From positions 50,026 to 114,025 of the forward strand of contig JBFJHJ010000003.1 in assembly GCA_041613315.1 (NCBI GenBank): a stretch of DNA of 64,000 bases, in the 5' to 3' direction. Below the pieces are notes generated by a model that made no database searches, was not told the DNA's origin, and was given only the letters and a program-made list of their open reading frames with translations. This DNA comes from Gemmatimonadales bacterium. GTDB lineage: Bacteria; Gemmatimonadota; Gemmatimonadetes; Gemmatimonadales; GWC2-71-9. Below are positions 9,474-18,182 of the stretch, piece after piece (positions within the stretch are counted from its first letter, which is position 1; every line of letters begins with the position of its first letter). The translations under genes were made by a program, and so were the position numbers.

Positions 9474-10582
9474 TTACTCGTCGGCTCGCGGAGCTCGATC
9501 CAGTCCGGCTCCTTCGTCACGTCGTGCAGCAACGCGAAGTCAGCCGCGGTCGGCGTCACCGACTTCACGTACTCCGCGTACCGCTCGGCGCTCAGCTCGT
9601 TGCCGTCCACGTCATAATGCTGGTGCGCCCACTGGCCGATCCGCCGATTGAACTTGAGGTCTGGCAGCCGCAGCCAGCGCTCGCGCTCGGGAATGTACTT
9701 GTTCAGGCGGTCGACCAGACGCTGGCATTCCTGGCGGTACATCTCGCGCGCGAGTTCGTTGAGCCGGCCTTTGTCGGCGTCGTGGGGGTTCTCCCGTTCG
9801 TCGAAACGGCCCTTGAGTCCCCACACGTACGCCCAGTGGGCCGACGACGACCCGTCCGTCCCGAACAGGTCGAACGCCGTCGGCACCCACTTGTTGAAGA
9901 ACCGCTGCATCACCTCCGGCGGCACGCGTCCCGCCTTGATGATGCGGAGCAGCCCATTGTTGCCCGTGCCCAGGTGATAGCTCTCCTCCTTGAGCATCGG
10001 TCCCATGGACCGCGCGAGCGGAGCGAACGCCGAGGTCGAGAGCATCTTCAGTTGGAACTTGCCGTCCCGGTCAATGAACTGGGTGTAGGTGAAGAAGTCG
10101 AGCCAGTTGTCGACGATCTCGTTGAAGCTGCCCAGCAACCGTTCGCCCTCCTCGGCCCGCCGCTCCAAGAGCTTCTGCGCCTCCCGACGGCCCTCATCCC
10201 CGAAATGCTCGCACAGGAGGAAGGACATCTGCCACCCGTGGCGCATCTCCTCACACATGACGCGCATGATCGACTGCATGTCGTACGCGCTGGGCGGGCT
10301 CTGCAGGAGATTCCGTTGCTGCTCAACCGAGGCGAACTCCGTATCGCCCTGGTAGATGATCAGGTTCTGGAGGGCGTCCCGGATGCGTTGGTCGGGGATA
10401 TGCATGATCGTCGGCCACTTACGCTGACCCTTGTAGTGACCGAACTCGATCGTCTCCGCCTCCGGCTCGCCGAACTTGACGTCGAACCCAAACTGGCGGA
10501 CCTCGGACCGATCCAGGCCGATCGAGTCCTGCCAGTGGTGGAAATAGTCGATCCAGTCGTCCCAGTTGGCGATCTTCCGCAT
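9470..10582 (-). CDS. boxB: BoxB-like aryl-CoA epoxidase (ferritin-like diiron, PaaA/PaaC/BoxB family), 370 aa
   Basis: QGDTEFASVEQQR, EEMRH, IDRDGKFQL, EESYH match remembered BoxB diiron-ligand motifs. Confidence 0.82.
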   Translation of the reverse strand: MRKIANWDDWIDYFHHWQDSIGLDRSEVRQFGFDVKFGEPEAETIEFGHYKGQRKWPTIMHIPDQRIRDALQNLIIYQGDTEFASVEQQRNLLQSPPSAYDMQSIMRVMCEEMRHGWQMSFLLCEHFGDEGRREAQKLLERRAEEGERLLGSFNEIVDNWLDFFTYTQFIDRDGKFQLKMLSTSAFAPLARSMGPMLKEESYHLGTGNNGLLRIIKAGRVPPEVMQRFFNKWVPTAFDLFGTDGSSSAHWAYVWGLKGRFDERENPHDADKGRLNELAREMYRQECQRLVDRLNKYIPERERWLRLPDLKFNRRIGQWAHQHYDVDGNELSAERYAEYVKSVTPTAADFALLHDVTKEPDWIELREPTSN

Positions 10583-10594
10583 CTCGACCCCCGT

Positions 10595-11389
10595 TTACCG
10601 TCCGCTGAAGGATGGTGCACGCTTTTCCAGGAACGCGGCGAGACCCTCCTGCGCGTCCGCACTGGCGAAGCACAGAAGCTGGTGCTCCAGCTCGACATCC
10701 AGCATCTGTGCCAGATTCCGCGCGTCACTCACGTAGATGGCGCGTTTCGCCGCCGCAAGTGCCAGCGGCGGCTTGGCCGCGAGCGCACCGGCGAGTTTCG
10801 CCGTTTCTTCCGCGAGTCGCTCGTGCGGCACGACGCGGTTGAAGAGGCCCAGCCGCAGGGCCTCGGCGGCGTCGATCATCTCCCCGCTGAAGACGAGCTC
10901 CAGCGCTTTGGCCGGCCCCACGAGCCGGGGCAGGAAGTACATCCCCCCCCAGTCCGGATGCAGCCCGATCCGGTTGAAGGTCTGGCCGATGGACGCCCGG
11001 TCGGACGCGATGCGGAGATCGCACGCCAACGCGAGGTTGGCCCCGCCGCCGGCCGCGGGCCCGTTGACGGCGGCGATCACGGGCTTTGGCGTGTCGCGGA
11101 TCGCCGTGACCACGGTGCGGCCCACCTCCACCAGGGCGCGGAACCCCTCGACGTCACCCGCCGCGAGCAATTCCTTCATGTAACCGATGTCGGCGCCGGC
11201 GCAGAACGCGCGCCCCGCACCGGTGATCACCAGCACGCGCACCCGCCCGTCCCCCGCCATGACGCGGACGGCGTCGGCGATCGCTTCCCGCATCGTGCCC
11301 GCAAACGCGTTGAGCTTCTCGGGCCGGTTGAGCGTGACGGTGCCGACACCCGCCTCGACCGCGAGCTGCACGTAGGCCGGCGGGGTCAC
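10595..11389 (-). CDS. enoyl-CoA hydratase/isomerase (PaaG-like)
   Basis: AFCAGADI, AAGGGANLALACD, GLHPDWGG (single Asp as in PaaG-type isomerases); GTG start at 11389. Confidence 0.88.
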   Translation of the reverse strand: MTPPAYVQLAVEAGVGTVTLNRPEKLNAFAGTMREAIADAVRVMAGDGRVRVLVITGAGRAFCAGADIGYMKELLAAGDVEGFRALVEVGRTVVTAIRDTPKPVIAAVNGPAAGGGANLALACDLRIASDRASIGQTFNRIGLHPDWGGMYFLPRLVGPAKALELVFSGEMIDAAEALRLGLFNRVVPHERLAEETAKLAGALAAKPPLALAAAKRAIYVSDARNLAQMLDVELEHQLLCFASADAQEGLAAFLEKRAPSFSGR

Positions 11390-12582
11390 GTGCGCTCCAC
11401 CAGCATGGCGATGCCTTGCCCGACGCCGATGCACATCGTGACGAGCCCGTAGCGTCCGCCGGTGCGCCGCAGCGCGTGGACCATCGTGGTCAGGAGCTTG
11501 GCGCCGGTGCACCCTAACGGGTGCCCCAGCGCGATGCCGCCGCCGTAGACGTTGACCCGCTCCGGGTCGAGGTCGAGCTCGCGCGTGCACGCGATCGCTT
11601 GCGCCGCGAATGCCTCGTTCAACTCGACCAGGTCCAGGTCGTTGACACTGAGCCCCGCGCGGTCCAGGACCTTTCGGGTCGCGGGGATGGGGCCGAGCCC
11701 CATGCAGGACGGGTCCACCCCGGCGACGGCCGTTGCCACGACGCGCGCCAGCGGCTGCAGGCCGCCCATGCCGCGTGGCGTGGCGCCCACCACGAGTAGC
11801 GCCGCGGCGCCGTCGTTGAGGCCGCTCGAGTTGCCGGCCGTGACGGAACCCGTCGCCACGAAGGCGGGCTTGAGCTTGCTGAGCTTGAGCGGCGTGACGT
11901 CCGGACGCGGGTGCTCGTCCACGCACACCTGGACCTCGCGGCCGTCCGGCAGACGCACGGAGACCGGGGCGATCTCGTTCTGGAAGATCTCCTGGTCCAT
12001 GGCGACCTTCGCGCGCTGCTGGCTCGTGTAGGCGAAGGCGTCCTGGTCCTCGCGGGTGATCCCGTAGCGCTTCGCGACGATCTCCGCGGTCGCTCCCAGC
12101 GAGACGGTCCACTCCTTGCGCATTCTCGGGTTCACGAACCGCCACCCTACGGTGGTGTCCGCCACGTCGGGGGGCCGCCGATCCCACGGGGCGCCCCGCT
12201 TCAGCATCACGTACGGCGCGCGGGTCATGCTCTCCACGCCGCCCGCCACGAACGCGTCACCCTCGGTGGCCTTGATGGCCTGCGCGGCGCTGGCGACGGC
12301 CTGGAGACCGGAGCCGCACAGGCGATTCACGGTCTGCCCCGGCACCTCGATCGGAAAGCCCGCGAGGAGGGCGGCCATCCGCGCGATGTTCCTGTTGTCC
12401 TCGCCGGCCTGATTCGCGCACCCGAGGATTACGTCGTCGAGCCCGGCCGGATCGAACCCCACCCGTTCGACCACCGCCCGCACCGCCGCGGCCGCCAGGT
12501 CGTCGGGTCGCACCTCGGCGAGGGCGCCACCGTGGCGGCCCACCGGCGTGCGCACCGCCGAGCAGATGAACGCGTCCCTCAC
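11386..12582 (-). CDS. acetyl-CoA C-acyltransferase / 3-oxoadipyl-CoA thiolase (PaaJ/PcaF-like)
   Basis: NQAGEDNRN, NRLCGSG, NEAFA, GHPLG, MCIGVGQG. Confidence 0.93.
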   Translation of the reverse strand: MRDAFICSAVRTPVGRHGGALAEVRPDDLAAAAVRAVVERVGFDPAGLDDVILGCANQAGEDNRNIARMAALLAGFPIEVPGQTVNRLCGSGLQAVASAAQAIKATEGDAFVAGGVESMTRAPYVMLKRGAPWDRRPPDVADTTVGWRFVNPRMRKEWTVSLGATAEIVAKRYGITREDQDAFAYTSQQRAKVAMDQEIFQNEIAPVSVRLPDGREVQVCVDEHPRPDVTPLKLSKLKPAFVATGSVTAGNSSGLNDGAAALLVVGATPRGMGGLQPLARVVATAVAGVDPSCMGLGPIPATRKVLDRAGLSVNDLDLVELNEAFAAQAIACTRELDLDPERVNVYGGGIALGHPLGCTGAKLLTTMVHALRRTGGRYGLVTMCIGVGQGIAMLVERT

Positions 12583-12598
12583 GGCCCGCCCGCGTCCG

Positions 12599-14032
12599 TC
12601 ATCGGAGCCCCATCCAGACGGTCTTGGTCTCCGTGTAGCCATCCAACGCTTCGCGCCCCAGGTCGCGACCGAAGCCGCTCGCCTTGTAGCCGCCGAACGG
12701 TGCCGCGGGGTCGTACAGGTTGTAGGTGTTGACCCACACGGTGCCGGCCCGAATCGCCCGCGCCACGGTGAACGCCTTGCGGATGTCTTGGGTCCAGATG
12801 CCCGCGGCGAGGCCGTACATGGTCTGGTTGGCGAGGTGGATGCCTTCGTTCAGGTCCTCGAAGCTGATCACGGAGAGGACCGGGCCGAAGATCTCCTCGT
12901 CGACAATCGACATACCGGGTCGCGCGCCGTCGAACACGGTCGCCTCGATGAAAAACCCCTTGCCGTTGAGCTTCACCGCGTTGCCACCGGCGACCAGCGT
13001 CGCCTCCTTCTTGCCTGCGGCGATGTACGACAGCACGGTCTCCTGCTGGCGCTTCGACACGATGGCGCCCAACCGGGTGTTCCGGTCGAAGGGATCCCCC
13101 GGCGTGAGCTTCTTGGCTCGTGCCGCGAGCTCCTCCACCACCTGGTCGTGCACGGCGTGCTCTACCAGCAGCCGCGAGCCCGCCGCGCACACCTCGCCCT
13201 TCCCGTAGAAGATCCCGTTCTGCGCGCCGCGCACGGCGGCCTTGAGGTCGGCGTCGGCGAAGATGATGTTGGGACTCTTGCCCCCCAGCTCGAGCGTCAC
13301 GCGCTTGAGCGAGTCGGCGGCCTGCCGCATGATCTCCTTGCCCACCGCCGTCGAGCCGGTGAAGGCGATCTTCTGGACCCCCGGGTGCGTGACCAGGGCG
13401 GCCCCCGCCGTCGTACCCCCGCCCGTGACGACGTTGAACGCGCCCGCCGGGAACCCGGCCTCCTGCATGATCTCCGCCATCGCCAGAGCCGTGAGCGGCG
13501 TTTCGGAGGCGGGCTTGAGCACGACGGGGCAGCCCACGGCGAGGGCCGGGGCGAACTTCCAGCTCGCGAGATTCAGCGGGAAGTTCCACGGGACGATCGC
13601 CGCGACGACGCCGACCGGCTCGCGCAGCGTGTAGACGAAGTCGGGCCCGTCCACCGGGAGCACGTGGCCGGGGAGCTTGTCGGCCCAGCCGCCGTAGTAC
13701 TTGAGCGTCTCGACCGTCATCGCGACGTCGATCTTCGACTCGAACAACGGCTTCCCGTTCTGACGCGTCTCGAGCGCCGCCACGTCGTCGGCGCGCTGGG
13801 CCAGTAGCTCCGCCGCCCGGAGCAACATCGCCCCGCGTCGACGGCCCGCGAGCGAGCGCCACGCGTCGCTCTCGAAGCAGGTCGTGGCCGCCTGAACCGC
13901 GGCGTCCACGTCGGCGTCGCCGCCGGCGGGCACCGTGGCGATCACCTCTTCGGTGGCGGGGTTCACGACGTCCAGCGTCTTGCCCGAGGCGGCTCCTCGC
14001 CACTCGTTGGCGATGAACAGCTCGGTCTTCAC
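12599..14032 (-). CDS. aldehyde dehydrogenase (possible BoxD-type semialdehyde dehydrogenase)
   Basis: PWNFP, FTGST, ELGGKSP, GEVC (catalytic Cys), EEIFGPV. Confidence 0.93.
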   Translation of the reverse strand: MKTELFIANEWRGAASGKTLDVVNPATEEVIATVPAGGDADVDAAVQAATTCFESDAWRSLAGRRRGAMLLRAAELLAQRADDVAALETRQNGKPLFESKIDVAMTVETLKYYGGWADKLPGHVLPVDGPDFVYTLREPVGVVAAIVPWNFPLNLASWKFAPALAVGCPVVLKPASETPLTALAMAEIMQEAGFPAGAFNVVTGGGTTAGAALVTHPGVQKIAFTGSTAVGKEIMRQAADSLKRVTLELGGKSPNIIFADADLKAAVRGAQNGIFYGKGEVCAAGSRLLVEHAVHDQVVEELAARAKKLTPGDPFDRNTRLGAIVSKRQQETVLSYIAAGKKEATLVAGGNAVKLNGKGFFIEATVFDGARPGMSIVDEEIFGPVLSVISFEDLNEGIHLANQTMYGLAAGIWTQDIRKAFTVARAIRAGTVWVNTYNLYDPAAPFGGYKASGFGRDLGREALDGYTETKTVWMGLR

Positions 14033-14872
14033 TTACAGGCCCTTGAACGCAGCCATGCGCTTCTCGACGTACGCCGCCAATCCCTCCTTGGCGTCGTCGC
14101 TCTGGAACAGCTGCTGCTGTAGCTCCCGCTCGATCGCGAGGCCGCTCTCGAACGGCACCTCGAGGCCGGAGCAGACCGCCCGCTTGATCGCGCCCACCGC
14201 CTTGGCGGCCTTGTTGGGCGGCGTGAACTGCTTGGCGTACAGCAGGACTTGATCCCAGAACGCGTCCTTCGGGAAGACCTCGGTCACGAGGCCGATCTCC
14301 TGCGCCTTCTCGAAGGAGAAGGTCTCGCCCTTGATCATCATCTCCATCCCCCGCGACTTGCCCACGAGCCGCGCGAGCCGCTGGGTGCCGCCGGTGCCCG
14401 GCAGCACGCCCAGGTTCACCTCCGGCAGCCCGATCTTGCCGGCGTCCTGACAGGCAAGGCGCAGGTCGCATGCCATGGCGATCTCGAGCCCGCCCCCCAC
14501 CGTGTGCCCGTTCAACGCCGCGATCGTGAGCTTGGGCGTGTGCTCGAGCCGGTTCAGCGTCTCGTTGGCGTGGAGGCAGAAGAAGTACTTGAACCGCGGC
14601 GTCACCTCGTTCAGCATCTTGATGTTGGCACCGGCTGAGAAGAACTTGTGACCCTTGCCGCGCAGCACGATCACATGGGCCGCATCGTTCATCCGCGCGT
14701 CCAGGATCGCCTCGTCCAGCTGGCGCATCATCTCATAGGTGTATGTATTGGCCGGCGGATCGTTCAGCTCCAGGATCGCCAGCCCGTCTTCGACGCGGTA
14801 CTCGACGAGCGTTCCCGCCGTCGCGGCGGCCGCCTTCCCCGGCTTGGCCGTCGTCTTTGCGGTCGTTGCCAT
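14033..14872 (-). CDS. crotonase-family protein resembling the N-terminal catalytic half of BoxC
   Basis: FSAGANIKML, FKYFFCLHANETLNRLE, LPEVNLGVLPGTGG. Confidence 0.85.
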   Translation of the reverse strand: MATTAKTTAKPGKAAAATAGTLVEYRVEDGLAILELNDPPANTYTYEMMRQLDEAILDARMNDAAHVIVLRGKGHKFFSAGANIKMLNEVTPRFKYFFCLHANETLNRLEHTPKLTIAALNGHTVGGGLEIAMACDLRLACQDAGKIGLPEVNLGVLPGTGGTQRLARLVGKSRGMEMMIKGETFSFEKAQEIGLVTEVFPKDAFWDQVLLYAKQFTPPNKAAKAVGAIKRAVCSGLEVPFESGLAIERELQQQLFQSDDAKEGLAAYVEKRMAAFKGL

Positions 14873-14878
14873 GATGGG

Positions 14879-15484
14879 TCAACCTCCCTGGGTCACCGAT
14901 GAAGAAGTGGGAGCCACGCCGTGCAGGTACAGCTCGGTGAATTGCTCGGCGAGGGCGTCGGGCGTGATCGGGCCCGCCCGGTCGTACCAGTTGTAAATCC
15001 AGTTCATCATGCCGAACAGCGCGTACGCGGCCACCCGCGGGTCGGGGCGCACACCGCCATCCGCGCGGAGCGCGTCGAGGAGCCGGAGCAGGAGGGAGAC
15101 GTAGGAGCGCTTGAGATGCGTGATCTCGGCGCGCCGCGCGGGCGTCAAGCTCTCCGCCTCGTGGGACAGCACCTTCATCTCGTCCATGTGCTCGGCAAAA
15201 AAGGACACATGGTGCCGGATGAAGCGCTCCAGCCGGTCCACCCCATCACTGCCGCCCTCGACCGCCCGACTGGCGCCCTCCAGCACCCGGGCGAAGCAAC
15301 GCTGCTGAATCGAGAACAGCAGCTCGTCCTTGCCCTCGACGTAGTGGTACATCCCGGCGAGGCTCATGCCCGTCGCCCGCGCGAGGTCACGCATGGTGGT
15401 GGAATGGTAGCCCTTGGCGGCAAACACACGGGCCGCCGTGGCGAGCAGACGCTCGAGCCGCTGGTCGTAGGGTCGCGTTGCCAT
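14879..15484 (-). CDS. TetR/AcrR family regulator (PaaR/KstR2-like)
   Basis: FAAKGYHSTTMRDLA..GMYHY HTH; C-terminal FGMMNWIYNWY. Confidence 0.92.
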   Translation of the reverse strand: MATRPYDQRLERLLATAARVFAAKGYHSTTMRDLARATGMSLAGMYHYVEGKDELLFSIQQRCFARVLEGASRAVEGGSDGVDRLERFIRHHVSFFAEHMDEMKVLSHEAESLTPARRAEITHLKRSYVSLLLRLLDALRADGGVRPDPRVAAYALFGMMNWIYNWYDRAGPITPDALAEQFTELYLHGVAPTSSSVTQGG

Positions 15485-15485
15485 T

Positions 15486-15499
15486 CGAACGTTCGTTCG
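15486..15499. promoter_or_regulatory. PaaR-type operator palindrome
   Basis: CGAACGTTCGTTCG fits CNAACGNNCGTTNG; lies between the -10 box and the tetR ATG. Confidence 0.7.
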
Positions 15500-15500
15500 G

Positions 15501-15529
15501 AGTTTATTCGCCCGGCGAACCCGGGTCAA
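15501..15529 (-). promoter_or_regulatory. sigma70-type promoter of the tetR/box operon
   Basis: minus strand TTGACC-17 bp-TAAACT. Confidence 0.7.
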
Positions 15530-15578
15530 CTGGCGGCCGGCCGCTTAACTTTTCGGCGATGCTCTCGTCTTTCGTACG

Positions 15579-16142
15579 GTGACCGTCCCTGACGCCCAGC
15601 CGGGCCCGAGCGACGCCGCGCTCATCGCAGCCTGGCGCGAGGGTGACGAGAGCGCCGCCCAGGAGTTGGTGCGGCGCCATGCCAGGGCGCTCGCCGGCTT
15701 CCTGGCCGCGGCGGGCGCACGGGAGGATCTGGACGATCTCGTGCAGGAGACGTTGTTCCGGGCGTTTCGGCGGATCGACCGGTTCCGCGGATCGGCGAGC
15801 TTTCGGACCTGGCTGCTCACGATCGGCTCGAACGCGCTCAAGGATCTGGGACGGAAGCGCCGCCGCCGCCTCGTGCTCCCGCTGGTGGACCGGGACCTCC
15901 CGGATCCGGCGAGCGATCCGCACGGCGAGCTGGTCGAGCGGGACCTCTTGGCGCGGCTGGCGGATGTCGTGCAGCAGTTGCCGCGCCTCCAGCGGGACGT
16001 GTTCCTACTCCGCGTCCGAGAGGGGCTGAGCTATGAGGAGATCGCGGGCGCCTTGGGCACCACGCCGGGCGCGGCCCGGGTGCACTACCACCACGCCGCG
16101 AAGCGGCTGAAGGGAGCAATCACCCACGGCGAGGGTGGATGA
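15579..16142 (+). CDS. ECF RNA polymerase sigma factor
   Basis: DLVQETLFRAF, F.TWL..I region 2; LSYEEIA..LG region 4. Confidence 0.92.
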   Translation: MTVPDAQPGPSDAALIAAWREGDESAAQELVRRHARALAGFLAAAGAREDLDDLVQETLFRAFRRIDRFRGSASFRTWLLTIGSNALKDLGRKRRRRLVLPLVDRDLPDPASDPHGELVERDLLARLADVVQQLPRLQRDVFLLRVREGLSYEEIAGALGTTPGAARVHYHHAAKRLKGAITHGEGG

Positions 16143-16166
16143 TGTGGATCGTACGATCGGCGAACG

Positions 16167-16583
16167 GTGATAGACGACATGATTGACAACGGACAGCTCG
16201 AGCACCTCGCCCGCCGCTTGGGTGATGAGGAAGCGCGGCGGATCGATCCCGAGGCCACCGCCCGCGCCGTGCTCCGGCGGCTGCGCGAGGCACCGCGCCC
16301 CGGCCGCTGGTGGCGGCGCCCGGCGGTGCTCCGGGTGGCGGCCGCGGCCGTGATTCTGCTGGCGGGTGCCGTCGGCCTCGAGCGGGTGCTGTCCCGCGGG
16401 GCAGGCCCAGACCCGAGTTACCCGATCCTGGTGGAGCTCGCCGACCTTGGCGCCGACGATCTTGCCGAGGTCCTCGACTCGCTCGTCTTCGAGGCACCGG
16501 TCTCCGAGCTCGTGTCCGGCGGGTTGGGCGCGCTGAGCGAGGCGCAGCTCCGCGAGATCCTCGCGGTGATGGACGGCGATTGA
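16167..16583 (+). CDS. single-pass membrane protein, putative anti-sigma factor
   Basis: directly after the ECF gene; one TM helix (VAAAAVILLAGAVGL) and acidic C-terminus. Confidence 0.6.
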   Translation: MIDDMIDNGQLEHLARRLGDEEARRIDPEATARAVLRRLREAPRPGRWWRRPAVLRVAAAAVILLAGAVGLERVLSRGAGPDPSYPILVELADLGADDLAEVLDSLVFEAPVSELVSGGLGALSEAQLREILAVMDGD

Positions 16584-16627
16584 TGCGGGGTAGGGACGGA
16601 GTTGAGGCTCGATCCTTCGGAGGTGCG

Positions 16628-17119
16628 ATGCGGAGACTGATCATGCTGGTCGCGGCGCTGGCGCTGGCGGGAGCGCCCCTCGAGGGCCAGGACCCTCAAG
16701 CGCGCCAGGAGCAGCTCCAGCAGCAGATCGTCATGCGGTTCATGGAGAACCTGCGGGTACAGACCGCGATGACGGACCAGCAGTTCCAGCGATTTCAGGA
16801 CGTCACGCGGCGCTCGTTCGAGGCGCGGGGCGTGCTCGAGCGCCGGGAGCGCGAGCTGTGGCGTGGCCTGGAGGGGCAGATGCGCCCGGGCGTCGCCGCC
16901 AACGCCGACAGTGTCGCTCGGCTGCTCGACGGGCTGACACAGCTCGCGGGGGAGCGGGCGGCCCAGCTTCGCCAAGACCAGCAGGTGTATGCGGAGTTCC
17001 TGACACCGGTACAGCGAGCACAGGTGACGATGGGGTTCCGCCGACTCCAGAATCTGGTCGAGCAGCGGATGCGCCAGCGCGACATGCCGCCCGCCCGGCG
17101 GCGTCCGCCGGAGTTGTGA
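16628..17119 (+). CDS. secreted helical protein, Spy/CpxP-like
   Basis: signal peptide MRRLIMLVAALAL; MTDQQ and LTPVQ (LTxxQ-like) motifs; GGAGG RBS. Confidence 0.7.
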   Translation: MRRLIMLVAALALAGAPLEGQDPQARQEQLQQQIVMRFMENLRVQTAMTDQQFQRFQDVTRRSFEARGVLERRERELWRGLEGQMRPGVAANADSVARLLDGLTQLAGERAAQLRQDQQVYAEFLTPVQRAQVTMGFRRLQNLVEQRMRQRDMPPARRRPPEL

Positions 17120-17198
17120 GCCTCGCGTCCCTCCCGGCGTCTTTCGGTTCGACCCGTCCGTCCATCCGTTCGGCTGACCCGCTATATTCCCCGCGGTC

Positions 17199-17281
17199 GC
17201 CCGAGTGGTGGAATGGCAGACACGCGGGACTCAAAATCCCGTGCCGGCAACGGCGTGCGAGTTCGACTCTCGCCTCGGGCA
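17199..17281 (+). tRNA. tRNA-Leu (anticodon CAA)
   Basis: GCCCGAG/CTCGGGC acceptor stem, GGGA-CTCAAAA-TCCC anticodon arm, long variable arm, GTTCGA T-loop; CCA not encoded. Confidence 0.95.
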
Positions 17282-17542
17282 CTATCCGACCTCATCTCGG
17301 CGTCCCTCTGACCGTGCCTCCCCGCATGTGCATGAAGCCAGCCGCGCGCGACGGCTTTGCATGCGCCGCTGCGGCTTGACACCGCCGGGCGCGACGATCC
17401 TCTTCTAGTGCATCCGCCGCACTACCGACCAGTGCCGGTGGCCCGTCGCCTGCACGTCGCCTGGTGCGGCGATCCCGCCGCCGGGCCGACGTCGAGATCC
17501 AGTAGCAGTGCGAGCGCCCACGCATTACCCAGGGGGGTACCC

Positions 17543-18070
17543 ATGTCCAAAGCACCACGCACCGTTGCGCTCGTTGCGGCGGTCGGCCTCGCGACCCTCG
17601 GCTGCGAGCGTTCGCCCGACGTCGCCGGACCGCTGTTCGGCGTCGCGGGAGCGAATCGCGTCGTCCAGTCGGTGACCGGCAGCGGTCACTTCACGTCGGG
17701 CGGCGAGTTCCGAACCTTCGCGTTCAACGCCGTCCGGCGGGCCGACGGGACGGTCACCGGCGAGTACCAGGGCCACAACCGAGCCGCCGACGTCCACTGG
17801 CACGGCAACGTCACGTGCTTCACGGTCATCGGGAACCAGGCCTGGATCGGCGGCACGACTGAGACGTCGAGCGATCCGAATCTCATCGTTCCGGGGACGC
17901 AATCCGGATTCCGGGTCGCCGACAACGGCGAGGGAAGCAACACGCCGCCGGATCAGATCAGCCTCCAATTCATCAACGCCGGTGCGGGGTTTGCGAACGC
18001 CTATTGCGGCGCCGCGCCCCCAGCGCCGGCCCTGAATGACGTACAAGCGGGGAACATCCAGGTTCGGTAA
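17543..18070 (+). CDS. hypothetical lipoprotein
   Basis: signal peptide ending in LGC lipobox; beta-rich body with two further Cys. Confidence 0.75.
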   Translation: MSKAPRTVALVAAVGLATLGCERSPDVAGPLFGVAGANRVVQSVTGSGHFTSGGEFRTFAFNAVRRADGTVTGEYQGHNRAADVHWHGNVTCFTVIGNQAWIGGTTETSSDPNLIVPGTQSGFRVADNGEGSNTPPDQISLQFINAGAGFANAYCGAAPPAPALNDVQAGNIQVR

Positions 18071-18094
18071 CCGAACGCGACTCCCCAAAACGGA

Positions 18095-18130
18095 CTGCGC
18101 CCGGCGCACTACCGCCGGGCGCAGCTTCTT
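18095..18130 (+). terminator. intrinsic terminator-like hairpin
   Basis: CTGCGCCCGGCG/CGCCGGGCGCAG 12 bp stem followed by CTTCTT, between convergent genes. Confidence 0.6.
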
Positions 18131-18182
18131 CTCGCGACGTCCGTTGCCGGGGGAGGTGTGGCGCGCCCCGCGATCCCGCCGA

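Noticed and set aside
17278..17284. tRNA ends in ACTA rather than ACCA
   Set aside because: Many bacteria add CCA post-transcriptionally; the cloverleaf is otherwise normal
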